Source: Spirochaetia bacterium
Lineage (GTDB): Bacteria; Spirochaetota; Spirochaetia; SZUA-6; Bin103
Direction: 5' to 3'
DNA: 64,000 nucleotides
NCBI GenBank assembly: GCA_965203905.1
Contig: CBDBDQ010000005.1
Span: 6,144,001 to 6,208,000 of the forward strand
Every line of letters begins with the position of its first letter. The stretch's first letter is position 1. Of the stretch, positions 18,637 to 27,273 are shown piece by piece. The translations under genes and the position numbers were made by a program. Below the pieces are notes generated by a model, which saw nothing but the letters and a program-made list of their open reading frames with translations, was not told the origin of the DNA and made no database searches.

Positions 18637-20217
18637 ATGAAGAGACTGCTCTTCGTGGCAGCGGCTCTGTGTGCCGCTGGTCTCGTCTCCGCTTCCCCAT
18701 CCGCGGAAGCCGCCGCCGACGGGCCGCGCGAACTCACCGTCTGGGAAGGACTGTGGTACAACGCCGCCGTTTCGGTGTCCTCCCTGGCGGAAACCCCGCT
18801 CTACCAGGAGGTGATGCGGCGCACCGGAGTGGAGGTGACCTTCATCCATCCGGCTCAGGGTCAGGAGCAGGAGAGCTTCAACCTGATGATCGCTTCCAAC
18901 GACCTGCCGGACCTGATCTACGCGCACTGGTCGCGCGACTACCCCGGCGGTCCGGAGAAGGCGATCTCGGATGGTGTGATCATCCGTCTCAACGACGTGA
19001 TCGCCGAACACGCTCCCAACCTGAGCGCGCTGTTCGCCGCGAACCCGGAGTGGCTGAAGGCCGCCAAGACCGACACCGGCACGCTGTACATGTTCCCGTT
19101 CATCCGCGGCGACGACTACCTGATGGTGTTCTTCGGTCCACAGCTGCGCCGCGACTGGCTCGATCAACTGGGCCTGGAAGTGCCGGAAACGCTCGCCGAG
19201 TGGGAGCGGGTGCTGACCGCGTTCAAGTCGGAGGGCCTGGTCGAGTACCCGCTGACGTTCACCAACTTCCGCCGCGGGCGGGGCATGAACCGCAGCGCGT
19301 TCATCCAGCCGTTCAGGACCATCTGGGACTTCTACCGGGACGACGGCGGGCAGGTTCACTTCGGCCCTTTCGACGACCAGTTCGGAGAGTTCCTGACCTT
19401 CTTCAAGGGCTGGTTCGACCAGGGCCTGGTGGATCCGGAGTCGTTCAGCAACGAGCGCAACACCTTCGACGCCAAGATCCTCAACGGCACCGCCGGCGCC
19501 TGGCTCTCCTACACCGGCTCCGGCATCGGCGCCTACCTGGATGCCAACGGCGGGGAAGGCACGTTCGACATCGTGGCGGCCCCCTATCCGGTCCTGAACC
19601 GGGGCCAGACCCCGTTCTTCGGCCAGCGCGACAATCCCCTGCCCGGCCAGGGTCTGGCGATCACGACCCAGGCCCGTGACGTGGAGGTGGCGGCAAAGTG
19701 GGCCGACTTCGCGTATGGCGAGGAGGGTCACGTGCTGTTCAACTTCGGCCTGGAGGGCGACAGTTACGAGTGGTCCACCAACTACCCGGGATTCGAGGGC
19801 GAGCGCTGGCCGGTGTACACCGACGTGATGAACGCCGACGCGGAGGGCAGGACCCTGGCGCAGATGGGCGGACTCTACACGCGCTCCTTCTATTCCGGTC
19901 CGATCGTCCAGGACCGGCGCTACATGTATCAGTACGCGCGGCGGCCGCAGCAGCGGGCCGCGGTGCAGATCTGGGGCCAGACCGAAGCCGCGATGCACAA
20001 GCTCCCGGCGGTCACGGCCACGCCGGAAGAAGCGGAGGAGCTTGCCGAGATGATGAGCGACATCAACACCTACGTCGACGAGATGGTGGTCAAGTTCATC
20101 ACCGGCCAGGAGCCACTGTCCAGCTTCGGCGCCTACCAGGACCGGCTGCAGCAGATGGGTGTCGAACGCGCAATCGCGATCAAGCAGGCGGGCCTGGACC
20201 GCTACAACGCACGCTGA
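18637..20217 (+). CDS. Carbohydrate ABC transporter solute-binding protein (LplA-like)
   Basis: AGGAGG SD, signal peptide MKRLLFVAAALC, FNLMIASNDLPD, RRDWLDQLGLEVPET, NFGLEG. Confidence 0.92.
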   Translation: MKRLLFVAAALCAAGLVSASPSAEAAADGPRELTVWEGLWYNAAVSVSSLAETPLYQEVMRRTGVEVTFIHPAQGQEQESFNLMIASNDLPDLIYAHWSRDYPGGPEKAISDGVIIRLNDVIAEHAPNLSALFAANPEWLKAAKTDTGTLYMFPFIRGDDYLMVFFGPQLRRDWLDQLGLEVPETLAEWERVLTAFKSEGLVEYPLTFTNFRRGRGMNRSAFIQPFRTIWDFYRDDGGQVHFGPFDDQFGEFLTFFKGWFDQGLVDPESFSNERNTFDAKILNGTAGAWLSYTGSGIGAYLDANGGEGTFDIVAAPYPVLNRGQTPFFGQRDNPLPGQGLAITTQARDVEVAAKWADFAYGEEGHVLFNFGLEGDSYEWSTNYPGFEGERWPVYTDVMNADAEGRTLAQMGGLYTRSFYSGPIVQDRRYMYQYARRPQQRAAVQIWGQTEAAMHKLPAVTATPEEAEELAEMMSDINTYVDEMVVKFITGQEPLSSFGAYQDRLQQMGVERAIAIKQAGLDRYNAR

Positions 20218-20235
20218 CGCCAGCCGTCCGCCGAC

Positions 20236-20264
20236 GAGCGGCCCGGCGCGACGCCGGGTCGCTC
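20236..20264 (+). other. Intercistronic stem-loop after the SBP gene
   Basis: GAGCGGCCCGGCG-CGA-CGCCGGGTCGCTC, 13-bp stem with one G-U and no U tract; likely an mRNA stability or attenuation element. Confidence 0.6.
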
Positions 20265-20287
20265 TGGTTCCAGCGGGAGACCACGCG

Positions 20288-21259
20288 ATGGCAGAACGCG
20301 AGAGTACGGTAGCGCCCGAGCTGTTGCCGCGGCCGAAGTTCCTGGGCGCCGGCTACGGCCGCATGCTCAGAAAGGACTTCGTGCGCAACCGCACCATCTA
20401 CCTGATGGCGGCGCCGGTGGTGGCGTTCTTCCTCGTCTTCTACTACCTCCCCATGTTCGGGCTGGTGATCTCCTTCAAGCGCTTCACGCCGGCGCTCGGG
20501 CTGTTCGGCAGCCCGTGGGTCGGGTTCAAGTACTTCGAGGACTTCTTCCAGTCCTACTTCGCGGTGCGCATCGTCCGCAACACCATCCTGATCAGCGTGC
20601 TCAGCCTGATCTGGGGGTTCCCGGCGCCGATCATCCTGGCATTGCTGGTCAACGAGGTACGCTCCACCCCCTTCAAGCGCTCGGTGCAGAGCCTCACCTA
20701 CCTGCCGCACTTCATCTCGCTGGTCGTGGTATGCGGCCTGTTGCTGGAGTTCTCGCAGAGCGGCGGCCTGATCAACGACATTCGCGGCTGGTTCGGTGCC
20801 GAACCGATCTCCTTCTTCCAGGATCCGCGCTACTTCCGCAGCTTCTACATCGGCAGCGACATCTGGCAGGAGGTGGGCTGGGGCAGCATCATCTACCTGG
20901 CAGCGCTGTCGGCGATCGATCCGCAACTCTACGAGGCAGCCACCATCGACGGCGCCGGCCGCTTCCGCCAGCTCCGCCACGTCACGTTGCCTTCCATCGC
21001 GCCGACTATCGTGGTCCTCCTCATCCTGCGGCTGGGCAACCTGATGACGGTCGGGCACGAGAAGATCATCCTGCTGTACAACCCCACGATCTACGAGACC
21101 GCCGATGTCATCTCCACCTTCGTGTACCGCAAGGGGCTGCTCGACTTCAGCTGGAGCTACGGCACGGCGGTCGGACTGTTCAACTCGGTGATCAACCTGG
21201 CGCTGGTCGTGACGGCCAACTGGATCAGCCGCCGCGTCAACGAAACGAGTCTCTGGTAG
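20288..21259 (+). CDS. Carbohydrate ABC permease (LplB/YteP-like)
   Basis: SPWVGFKYF, YLPHFIS, LYEAATIDGAGR EAA loop. Confidence 0.93.
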   Translation: MAERESTVAPELLPRPKFLGAGYGRMLRKDFVRNRTIYLMAAPVVAFFLVFYYLPMFGLVISFKRFTPALGLFGSPWVGFKYFEDFFQSYFAVRIVRNTILISVLSLIWGFPAPIILALLVNEVRSTPFKRSVQSLTYLPHFISLVVVCGLLLEFSQSGGLINDIRGWFGAEPISFFQDPRYFRSFYIGSDIWQEVGWGSIIYLAALSAIDPQLYEAATIDGAGRFRQLRHVTLPSIAPTIVVLLILRLGNLMTVGHEKIILLYNPTIYETADVISTFVYRKGLLDFSWSYGTAVGLFNSVINLALVVTANWISRRVNETSLW

Positions 21260-21269
21260 GGGCGCCGCG

Positions 21270-22163
21270 ATGGCCCTGCACCGGCGCTCCGCCGGCAGCG
21301 TGGTGTTCGACGCCTGCAACGGCGTATTCCTGGCGGTGCTGTGCGTCGCCATGCTGTACCCCCTGTATTACGTGTTCGTCGCGTCGGTCAGCGACGGCAA
21401 CCTGTTGATGGCGCACACCGGACCGCTGGCGGCGCCGCTGGGATTCAGCGGGGCGGCCTACCGGCTGGTGTTCAACAACCCCCTGGTGGTGCGCGGGTTC
21501 CTGAACTCGATGCACCTGGTAGTGGTGGGCACCAGCGTGAACATCCTGCTGACCAGCTTCGCGGCCTACGTGCTGTCGCGCAGAAACGTGTACTGGAAGC
21601 CGATGCTGATGGTGATGGCGGTGGTCACGCTGCTGTTCGAGCGCGGCCTGGTGCCGTTCTACCTCACCGTGCGCGGCCTCGGCCTGTTGAACAGCCACTG
21701 GTCGGTGATCCTGGCGTTCGCCATCAGCGCCTACAACATGATCATCATGCGCACCTACTTCACCACCATCCCCGACAGCCTGGAGGAGTCGGCCAAGATC
21801 GACGGCGCCAACGACTTCACAGTGCTGTTCCGGATCATCCTGCCGGTTGCGGCGCCGGTGGTCGCCACGATGGTGCTGTTCTACGGCGTCAGCCGCTGGA
21901 ACGGCTACTTTTACGTGATGATCTTCCTGCGCGACCGCATCAAGTTCCCTATCGCGCTGATTCTGCGCGAGATTCTGATCGCCAACTCGGCCGAGACGAT
22001 GATCGGCGGCGGGGATGCCGGCTCCATGGGCGATCACGAGCGCATCGCCGACACCATCAAGTTCGCCACCACGGTGGTGGCCACGGTGCCGATCCTGCTG
22101 CTCTACCCCTTCCTGCAGAAGTACTTCGTCAAGGGTGCGATGATCGGCTCGGTCAAGGGTTGA
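21270..22163 (+). CDS. Carbohydrate ABC permease (LplC/YtcP-like)
   Basis: LEESAKIDGAN, YPFLQKYFVKG...GSVKG. Confidence 0.93.
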   Translation: MALHRRSAGSVVFDACNGVFLAVLCVAMLYPLYYVFVASVSDGNLLMAHTGPLAAPLGFSGAAYRLVFNNPLVVRGFLNSMHLVVVGTSVNILLTSFAAYVLSRRNVYWKPMLMVMAVVTLLFERGLVPFYLTVRGLGLLNSHWSVILAFAISAYNMIIMRTYFTTIPDSLEESAKIDGANDFTVLFRIILPVAAPVVATMVLFYGVSRWNGYFYVMIFLRDRIKFPIALILREILIANSAETMIGGGDAGSMGDHERIADTIKFATTVVATVPILLLYPFLQKYFVKGAMIGSVKG

Positions 22164-22266
22164 GTACGAGGGGCAGCAGGGGCGATTCGAAGACTGGTCG
22201 GCGCCGCGAGACGGCCGGCAGACACTCCCGCCGCGGCCGGTATAGGTTGCAGCCGGGAGAGAGGAA

Positions 22267-23070
22267 GTGAGCACAACCGCAACCGGTGCCGCGGAGCCGG
22301 CGTTGCACTGGTCGTTCGATCAGAATCATTCGCAGACCCAGCCCGGCTTCGGTGCGGAGCTGCGCACCACCCTGCGGCAGTACTATCGGCGGCCGGCGGC
22401 GTCCGCGGTGTCCACCTTCTACCGCGTGCTGCCCAACTTCTGGAGCGGGTACCAGCCCCGGCCGGTGGCCGACCTGGCGATCGGCGGCGTCGAGGTGATC
22501 CGTACCGCTGTACCCGGTGCGGGTGGGACCGACTATCGCGTGACCGCCACCAACAGCACCAGCGGCGAGCACGCCTGCTACAGGTTCCGCGCCGCCGCGG
22601 ACCGCTGGCGCAGCCTCGCCGGCGAGTGGCGGATCGAGGTCCGCAACGACGCCGGCGACAGTTATAGCCGTTACCTGGCGAGTGGTGCCGTGGGGCAGCC
22701 GGAGCGGGGTGCCGGGCGGCCGATCCTGCTGACCGTGAACGGCGCCGAGCTGCCGGCGGGAGCGTGGAGCGGCAGCCGTCCGCTCACCACGTCCTGGGCC
22801 CTGCTCGATTTCCTTCCGGAGCTGGAGCAGGGCTGCGAGCTGGCCCTGCTGGAAGAGCTGGACCGGCTGCGCGAGCCGGTGCGCGTGGTTCCCGTCGGGA
22901 CCTGGCGCTGGCCACCGGCCGACGCCGACCTGGGAAGCTTGACCGGGTGGTCCGTGCACGGACCCGGCCTGGTGCCCACCTACCACTGGGTGGACGACAA
23001 CGGCGCCGTGGCCGTGGTCTCGGGGCTGTTCCAGACCTGGGTAATCAGCGCAGTGGGGGATGCCACGTGA
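22267..23070 (+). CDS. Hypothetical protein
   Basis: GAGAGGAA upstream of GTG, coding-like frame, GTGA overlap with the sulfatase; no family recognised. Confidence 0.7.
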   Translation: MSTTATGAAEPALHWSFDQNHSQTQPGFGAELRTTLRQYYRRPAASAVSTFYRVLPNFWSGYQPRPVADLAIGGVEVIRTAVPGAGGTDYRVTATNSTSGEHACYRFRAAADRWRSLAGEWRIEVRNDAGDSYSRYLASGAVGQPERGAGRPILLTVNGAELPAGAWSGSRPLTTSWALLDFLPELEQGCELALLEELDRLREPVRVVPVGTWRWPPADADLGSLTGWSVHGPGLVPTYHWVDDNGAVAVVSGLFQTWVISAVGDAT

Positions 23071-24494
23071 GCTCCGAGCGCCCCAACATCGTGTTCCTGC
23101 ACACCGATCAGCACACCTGGGACGCGGTCTCGGCGTACGGCAACCGCTTCCTCGCCACCCCCAACATCGACCGCCTGCACCGCAACGGCCTCTCCTTCAT
23201 GCGCGCCTATTGCACCGACCCGGTGTGCGCACCGGCGCGCACGAGCTGGATGACCGGGCGCTACTCCTCCGAGACCGGCGTGCCGTTCAACGGCGGCGCG
23301 CTGCACGACGACATTGCGGACCTGGGCCAGCACCTGAACCGGCACGGCTTCCCCGCCTTCCACAGCGGCAAGTGGCACGTCACGGGCCGCGACGTGAGCG
23401 CCAGCTTCCGCACCCTCTACTTCGGCAAACGTCACATCGGCGCTGGCGGCGGCGAGTACTACGACGGCGCCATTACCCGCTCGGTGGTGCAGTTCCTCAC
23501 CGAGCGCAGCCGCCGGGAGCCGTTCTTTCTGCAGATCGGCATGGTCAACCCGCACGACGTGTGCGAGTACGGGCACAACTTCGAGGAGAAGCTGATTCCC
23601 GACCCCGTGGCGCAGGGGATCCTGAGCGCCGACGAGCTGCCGCCGCTGCCGGCCAACTTCCACTACGACGAGCCGGAGACGATGACCCACCGGGTGACGC
23701 GGCGCGACGACGACTGCCTGATCCACTGGCCGATCCTGCGCCGCACCCGCCACTGGTCGGAGCTGCAGTGGCGCTACCTGGCGTGGAACCTGTACCGCTT
23801 CGTGGAGAAGGTGGACGCCGAGATCGGCGTGGTGCTGGCCGCCCTGGAGGCCACCGGCCACGCCGACGATACCCTGATCCTGTTCACCGCCGACCACGGC
23901 GAGGCCGCCGGCCAGCACCAGATGTTCCAGAAGTTCACCCTCTACGAGGAGAGCGCGCGGGTGCCGTTCATCGCCGCCTGCCTCGGCGACGGCGTGGCCC
24001 TGCCCAAGGGCGGCTGCGACCGCGAACACTTCATCTCCGGCGTGGACGTGTTCCCCACCGTGTGCGACTACGCCGGCGTGACGCCGCTGCCGGGACTGCC
24101 GGGGCGCAGCATCCGTCCGTTGCTGGAGGGCGACGCTACCGGATGGCGCGAGCACGCCTTCGTCGAGAGCAACTACTGGGCCCGCGCCGTCATCACCGGC
24201 CGCTACAAGTACGTCACCGAGTACCGCCCGCGCGAGCTGGAGAACTACCTGGCGCCCGGACCCGACGACGCCGCATTGGGGCTGGAGCAGCTCTTCGACC
24301 TGCAGCACGATCCCGACGAGACCCGCAACCTGGCGGGTGCCGCGGGGCTGGCGGGGGTGATCGGCGACTGCCGGCGGAGGTTGGCGGAGACCGAACGGTC
24401 GCTGGAGCGGCGACCGCTGCGGACCGGCGCGCCACGCAACACGGTGGACACCTGGGGCGAGCGGCTGCGGCAGCGCTGGCGCCAGGCAGATTGA
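23067..24494 (+). CDS. Formylglycine-dependent sulfatase
   Basis: RPNIVFLHTDQH, CAPAR, GKWH, TADHGE, YEESARVP. Confidence 0.93.
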   Translation: MSSERPNIVFLHTDQHTWDAVSAYGNRFLATPNIDRLHRNGLSFMRAYCTDPVCAPARTSWMTGRYSSETGVPFNGGALHDDIADLGQHLNRHGFPAFHSGKWHVTGRDVSASFRTLYFGKRHIGAGGGEYYDGAITRSVVQFLTERSRREPFFLQIGMVNPHDVCEYGHNFEEKLIPDPVAQGILSADELPPLPANFHYDEPETMTHRVTRRDDDCLIHWPILRRTRHWSELQWRYLAWNLYRFVEKVDAEIGVVLAALEATGHADDTLILFTADHGEAAGQHQMFQKFTLYEESARVPFIAACLGDGVALPKGGCDREHFISGVDVFPTVCDYAGVTPLPGLPGRSIRPLLEGDATGWREHAFVESNYWARAVITGRYKYVTEYRPRELENYLAPGPDDAALGLEQLFDLQHDPDETRNLAGAAGLAGVIGDCRRRLAETERSLERRPLRTGAPRNTVDTWGERLRQRWRQAD

Positions 24495-24579
24495 TCCCAG
24501 CGCAGCGCCCGGCCGGCCGACCAGCGGTATCGGTGGCGGCACGATGGGGCCCGCTCGTCCAGCGCCGTGGCGCCGGACC

Positions 24580-26091
24580 GTGAAGCACGTTGACGAACTG
24601 GTCGCCGCGCTGGAGGGCGCCGGCGTGCAGAGCGTCATCGACCCCGCCGTGCGCGAGTCGCGGTTGCTGGCCGCCGGTCTGCAGTACCTGGCCGGGCGCG
24701 CGGGCTCCGCCGGCCCGCTGCCGGGGCGGGCCTGCTGGACCCGGGTCCGCTACCGCCAGCACTTCCGTCCCGCCGCCGCGCTGCGTGAGCTGCGGCGCGC
24801 CGACGGCACGCGTGAGCACGAGCTGACCGTCGACCTTGGCCAGATTGCAGCCCCGCAAGACCTGGACCACGAGCTGCGCCGGGTGCTCGACGGTCCGGTG
24901 CGGGCGCCGGGCACCGACGTCGGCCCGTTCGTTCGCTCCAGCGAGAGCCCGATGTGGCTGTTCAACTCGGCCTTCTGGCGCCACCTGCCACGCTTCATGG
25001 CGGCGGTCGGCCGCGACTTCCGCGACTCCATCGCGGGCTCGCCCGACACCGACCGCGGGGTCACCGAGGAGGATGCGGGCCGCTGCATCGCCCGGCTGCG
25101 TGCCGCGCGGCGCCGCGGCGACCACGCCCCCCTGGCCTACCTCGACGTGGGGGCCGCCGGCACCGAGCATGCCGCGGCCATGGTCGGCTACCTGGCGGCG
25201 GCGCGCCTGGGTCCCGTGGACTACCTTCTCGGCGACATCTCGCCCGCGGCCCTGCGACGCGCGCGGCAACGGCTGGGGGTTCGCCGCGGCCAGGTGACCC
25301 TGCGCTACGTGCAGCTCGATCTGCAGCAGCCCCGCGCCGCGCTGGCCGGGTACCGCGGCCGGATCCTCACCGCTCACCTCACCAACGTGCTCGACAACCT
25401 CCCGGGCGAACAGTTGGCGCAGGTGGACGGCCGCCACTACCTGCTGCACACCCAGCTCTACCTCCCGCAGGAAGCGCTGCACCGTCTGGCCGCCGCCTAC
25501 GGCCTGGACCGCGACCGGCTGGCAAGCGATCTGGGGGCGGTCGCCACCGGCGGAGTGGACCCACTCCTGGATGCGTGCCGCAGCCGCCTGGCCACTGCCG
25601 GCAGCGGGGCTCATCGCGAGGCCGCGGCCGATCGGCGCGCGATGTTGTTCTGGCAGGACCTGTACGGCAATCCTGCCGACCGCCGCAGCGGACTGAGATT
25701 GCGCGAGCGCCTGGTGGAGCTCCCCGATCTCGCCTTCGCACCATGGCCGGCGGGCGAACTGCTCCGGGACGTGCTGGAAACACATTGTGGACACTTGTGG
25801 CTACATACATCGGAGCGTGCAATCCGCGGCTGCCTGCAGCTTCTGGCGCTGCTGCATCCCGGCGGTGCGCTGGAGATTACCGACATCCTGCTGCGCGAAC
25901 CTGCCTCGCACTACGCGACCTGCCAGGGACCGGCCAAATTCGACGGCTCCGTGGTGGAATGGTTCAACGGCGCCCTGTTCCAGGAATTCGCGAGGCGTGC
26001 ATATCCCGACTGCCGCTTTCGTTCGGAGCGGCTTGCCGCCATTGGCAAGCCGCACATGACGCGGCTGGAGGTGAACCGCGGCGACGGCTGA
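24580..26091 (+). CDS. Putative SAM-dependent methyltransferase-fold protein (start at 24544 or 24580)
   Basis: YLDVGAAG, LLGDIS, NVLDNLP, LLHPGGALEITD. Confidence 0.6.
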   Translation: MKHVDELVAALEGAGVQSVIDPAVRESRLLAAGLQYLAGRAGSAGPLPGRACWTRVRYRQHFRPAAALRELRRADGTREHELTVDLGQIAAPQDLDHELRRVLDGPVRAPGTDVGPFVRSSESPMWLFNSAFWRHLPRFMAAVGRDFRDSIAGSPDTDRGVTEEDAGRCIARLRAARRRGDHAPLAYLDVGAAGTEHAAAMVGYLAAARLGPVDYLLGDISPAALRRARQRLGVRRGQVTLRYVQLDLQQPRAALAGYRGRILTAHLTNVLDNLPGEQLAQVDGRHYLLHTQLYLPQEALHRLAAAYGLDRDRLASDLGAVATGGVDPLLDACRSRLATAGSGAHREAAADRRAMLFWQDLYGNPADRRSGLRLRERLVELPDLAFAPWPAGELLRDVLETHCGHLWLHTSERAIRGCLQLLALLHPGGALEITDILLREPASHYATCQGPAKFDGSVVEWFNGALFQEFARRAYPDCRFRSERLAAIGKPHMTRLEVNRGDG

Positions 26092-26094
26092 CGG

Positions 26095-27135
26095 TCAGGC
26101 GCCGCCGAGGGTGATCTGCGCCTTCACGCTGCTGGCGGGCATGGCGTCGGCGAACTGGAACGCCGCAACGGAATCGGCGAAGGTGAAAGTGTCGGTGATG
26201 AGCGGCTTGACGTCGATGCGGCCGCTCTCCATCAGTGCCAGCGCGCGTGGATAGACGTGGGCGTAGCGGAACACGGTCTCCACCCGCGCCTCCTTGACCT
26301 GCGCCGCCACCACGTCGAACGCGACCGGCTCCCCCGGCATCCCCACCAGCACCACGCAGCCGCCGGGCCGCAGCGGCTCCAGCACCCCGGCAGCCGCCGC
26401 CGCGCTGCCGCTGCACTCGAACACGATGTCGGCGCCCCAGCCCTCGGTGAGTGACCGGGTGGCCTCGACCAGCGAGTCGCCGCCGGTCTCCACCGGCACG
26501 ATCGGGCCCAGGGAGGCGGCCAGCTTCACCTTGGGTACTACCGGATCGGCGATCACGATGCGGCTGCAGCCCCCGGCCAGGGCGGCCAGCGCGGTGACCA
26601 TTCCGATCGGTCCGGCGCCGAGCACCACCGCCACGTCGCCGGGCACGATGCGCGCCTTGGCCGCGGCGTGCATGCCCACCGCCAGCGGCTCCACCATCGC
26701 CGCCTCGTCGAAGCCGAGCCGATCCGGAACCTTGAACGTGAACGCGGCCGGATGCACCACCGTCGGTCGCAGCACGCCATGGACCGGCGGCGTGGCCCAG
26801 AAGCGCACCGCGGGATCCAGGTTGTAGAGGCCGAGGCGCGCCGCGCGGCTGTCCGGGTCGGGAATGCCCGGCTCCATCGCCACCCGGTCGCCCGCCCGCA
26901 GGCGGCCTACCTCGGCGCCCACTTCCAGCACCGTGCCGGCGGCCTCGTGCCCCAGCACCATCGGCTCCCGCACCACGAACGGCCCGATGCGGCCATGCCG
27001 GTAGTAGTGGACGTCGCTGCCGCAGATGCCGACCGTATCGATCTCCACCCGCACGTCTCGCGGTCCGAGCCGCTCCGGCAGGGCGATGTCGCGCAGCGCG
27101 AGCTGCCGCGCCCGTTCCAGAACCAGCGCCTGCAC
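26095..27135 (-). CDS. Zn-dependent polyol (xylitol/sorbitol) dehydrogenase
   Basis: [23 protein letters not shown]; AGGAG SD before GTG. Confidence 0.9.
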   Translation of the reverse strand: MQALVLERARQLALRDIALPERLGPRDVRVEIDTVGICGSDVHYYRHGRIGPFVVREPMVLGHEAAGTVLEVGAEVGRLRAGDRVAMEPGIPDPDSRAARLGLYNLDPAVRFWATPPVHGVLRPTVVHPAAFTFKVPDRLGFDEAAMVEPLAVGMHAAAKARIVPGDVAVVLGAGPIGMVTALAALAGGCSRIVIADPVVPKVKLAASLGPIVPVETGGDSLVEATRSLTEGWGADIVFECSGSAAAAAGVLEPLRPGGCVVLVGMPGEPVAFDVVAAQVKEARVETVFRYAHVYPRALALMESGRIDVKPLITDTFTFADSVAAFQFADAMPASSVKAQITLGGA

Positions 27136-27273
27136 TCTCCTCTCCCGGGGCCGATGGTCGCACAGCCGCGCTCCGCTGCCAACTGCCACCCACACCGGCG
27201 GCGGGCGGGCGTGGACATCGCCCGCAGACTCGTGCAAGCTCACCGGTACCATGCACGCCACCGGAGTGGGGAG

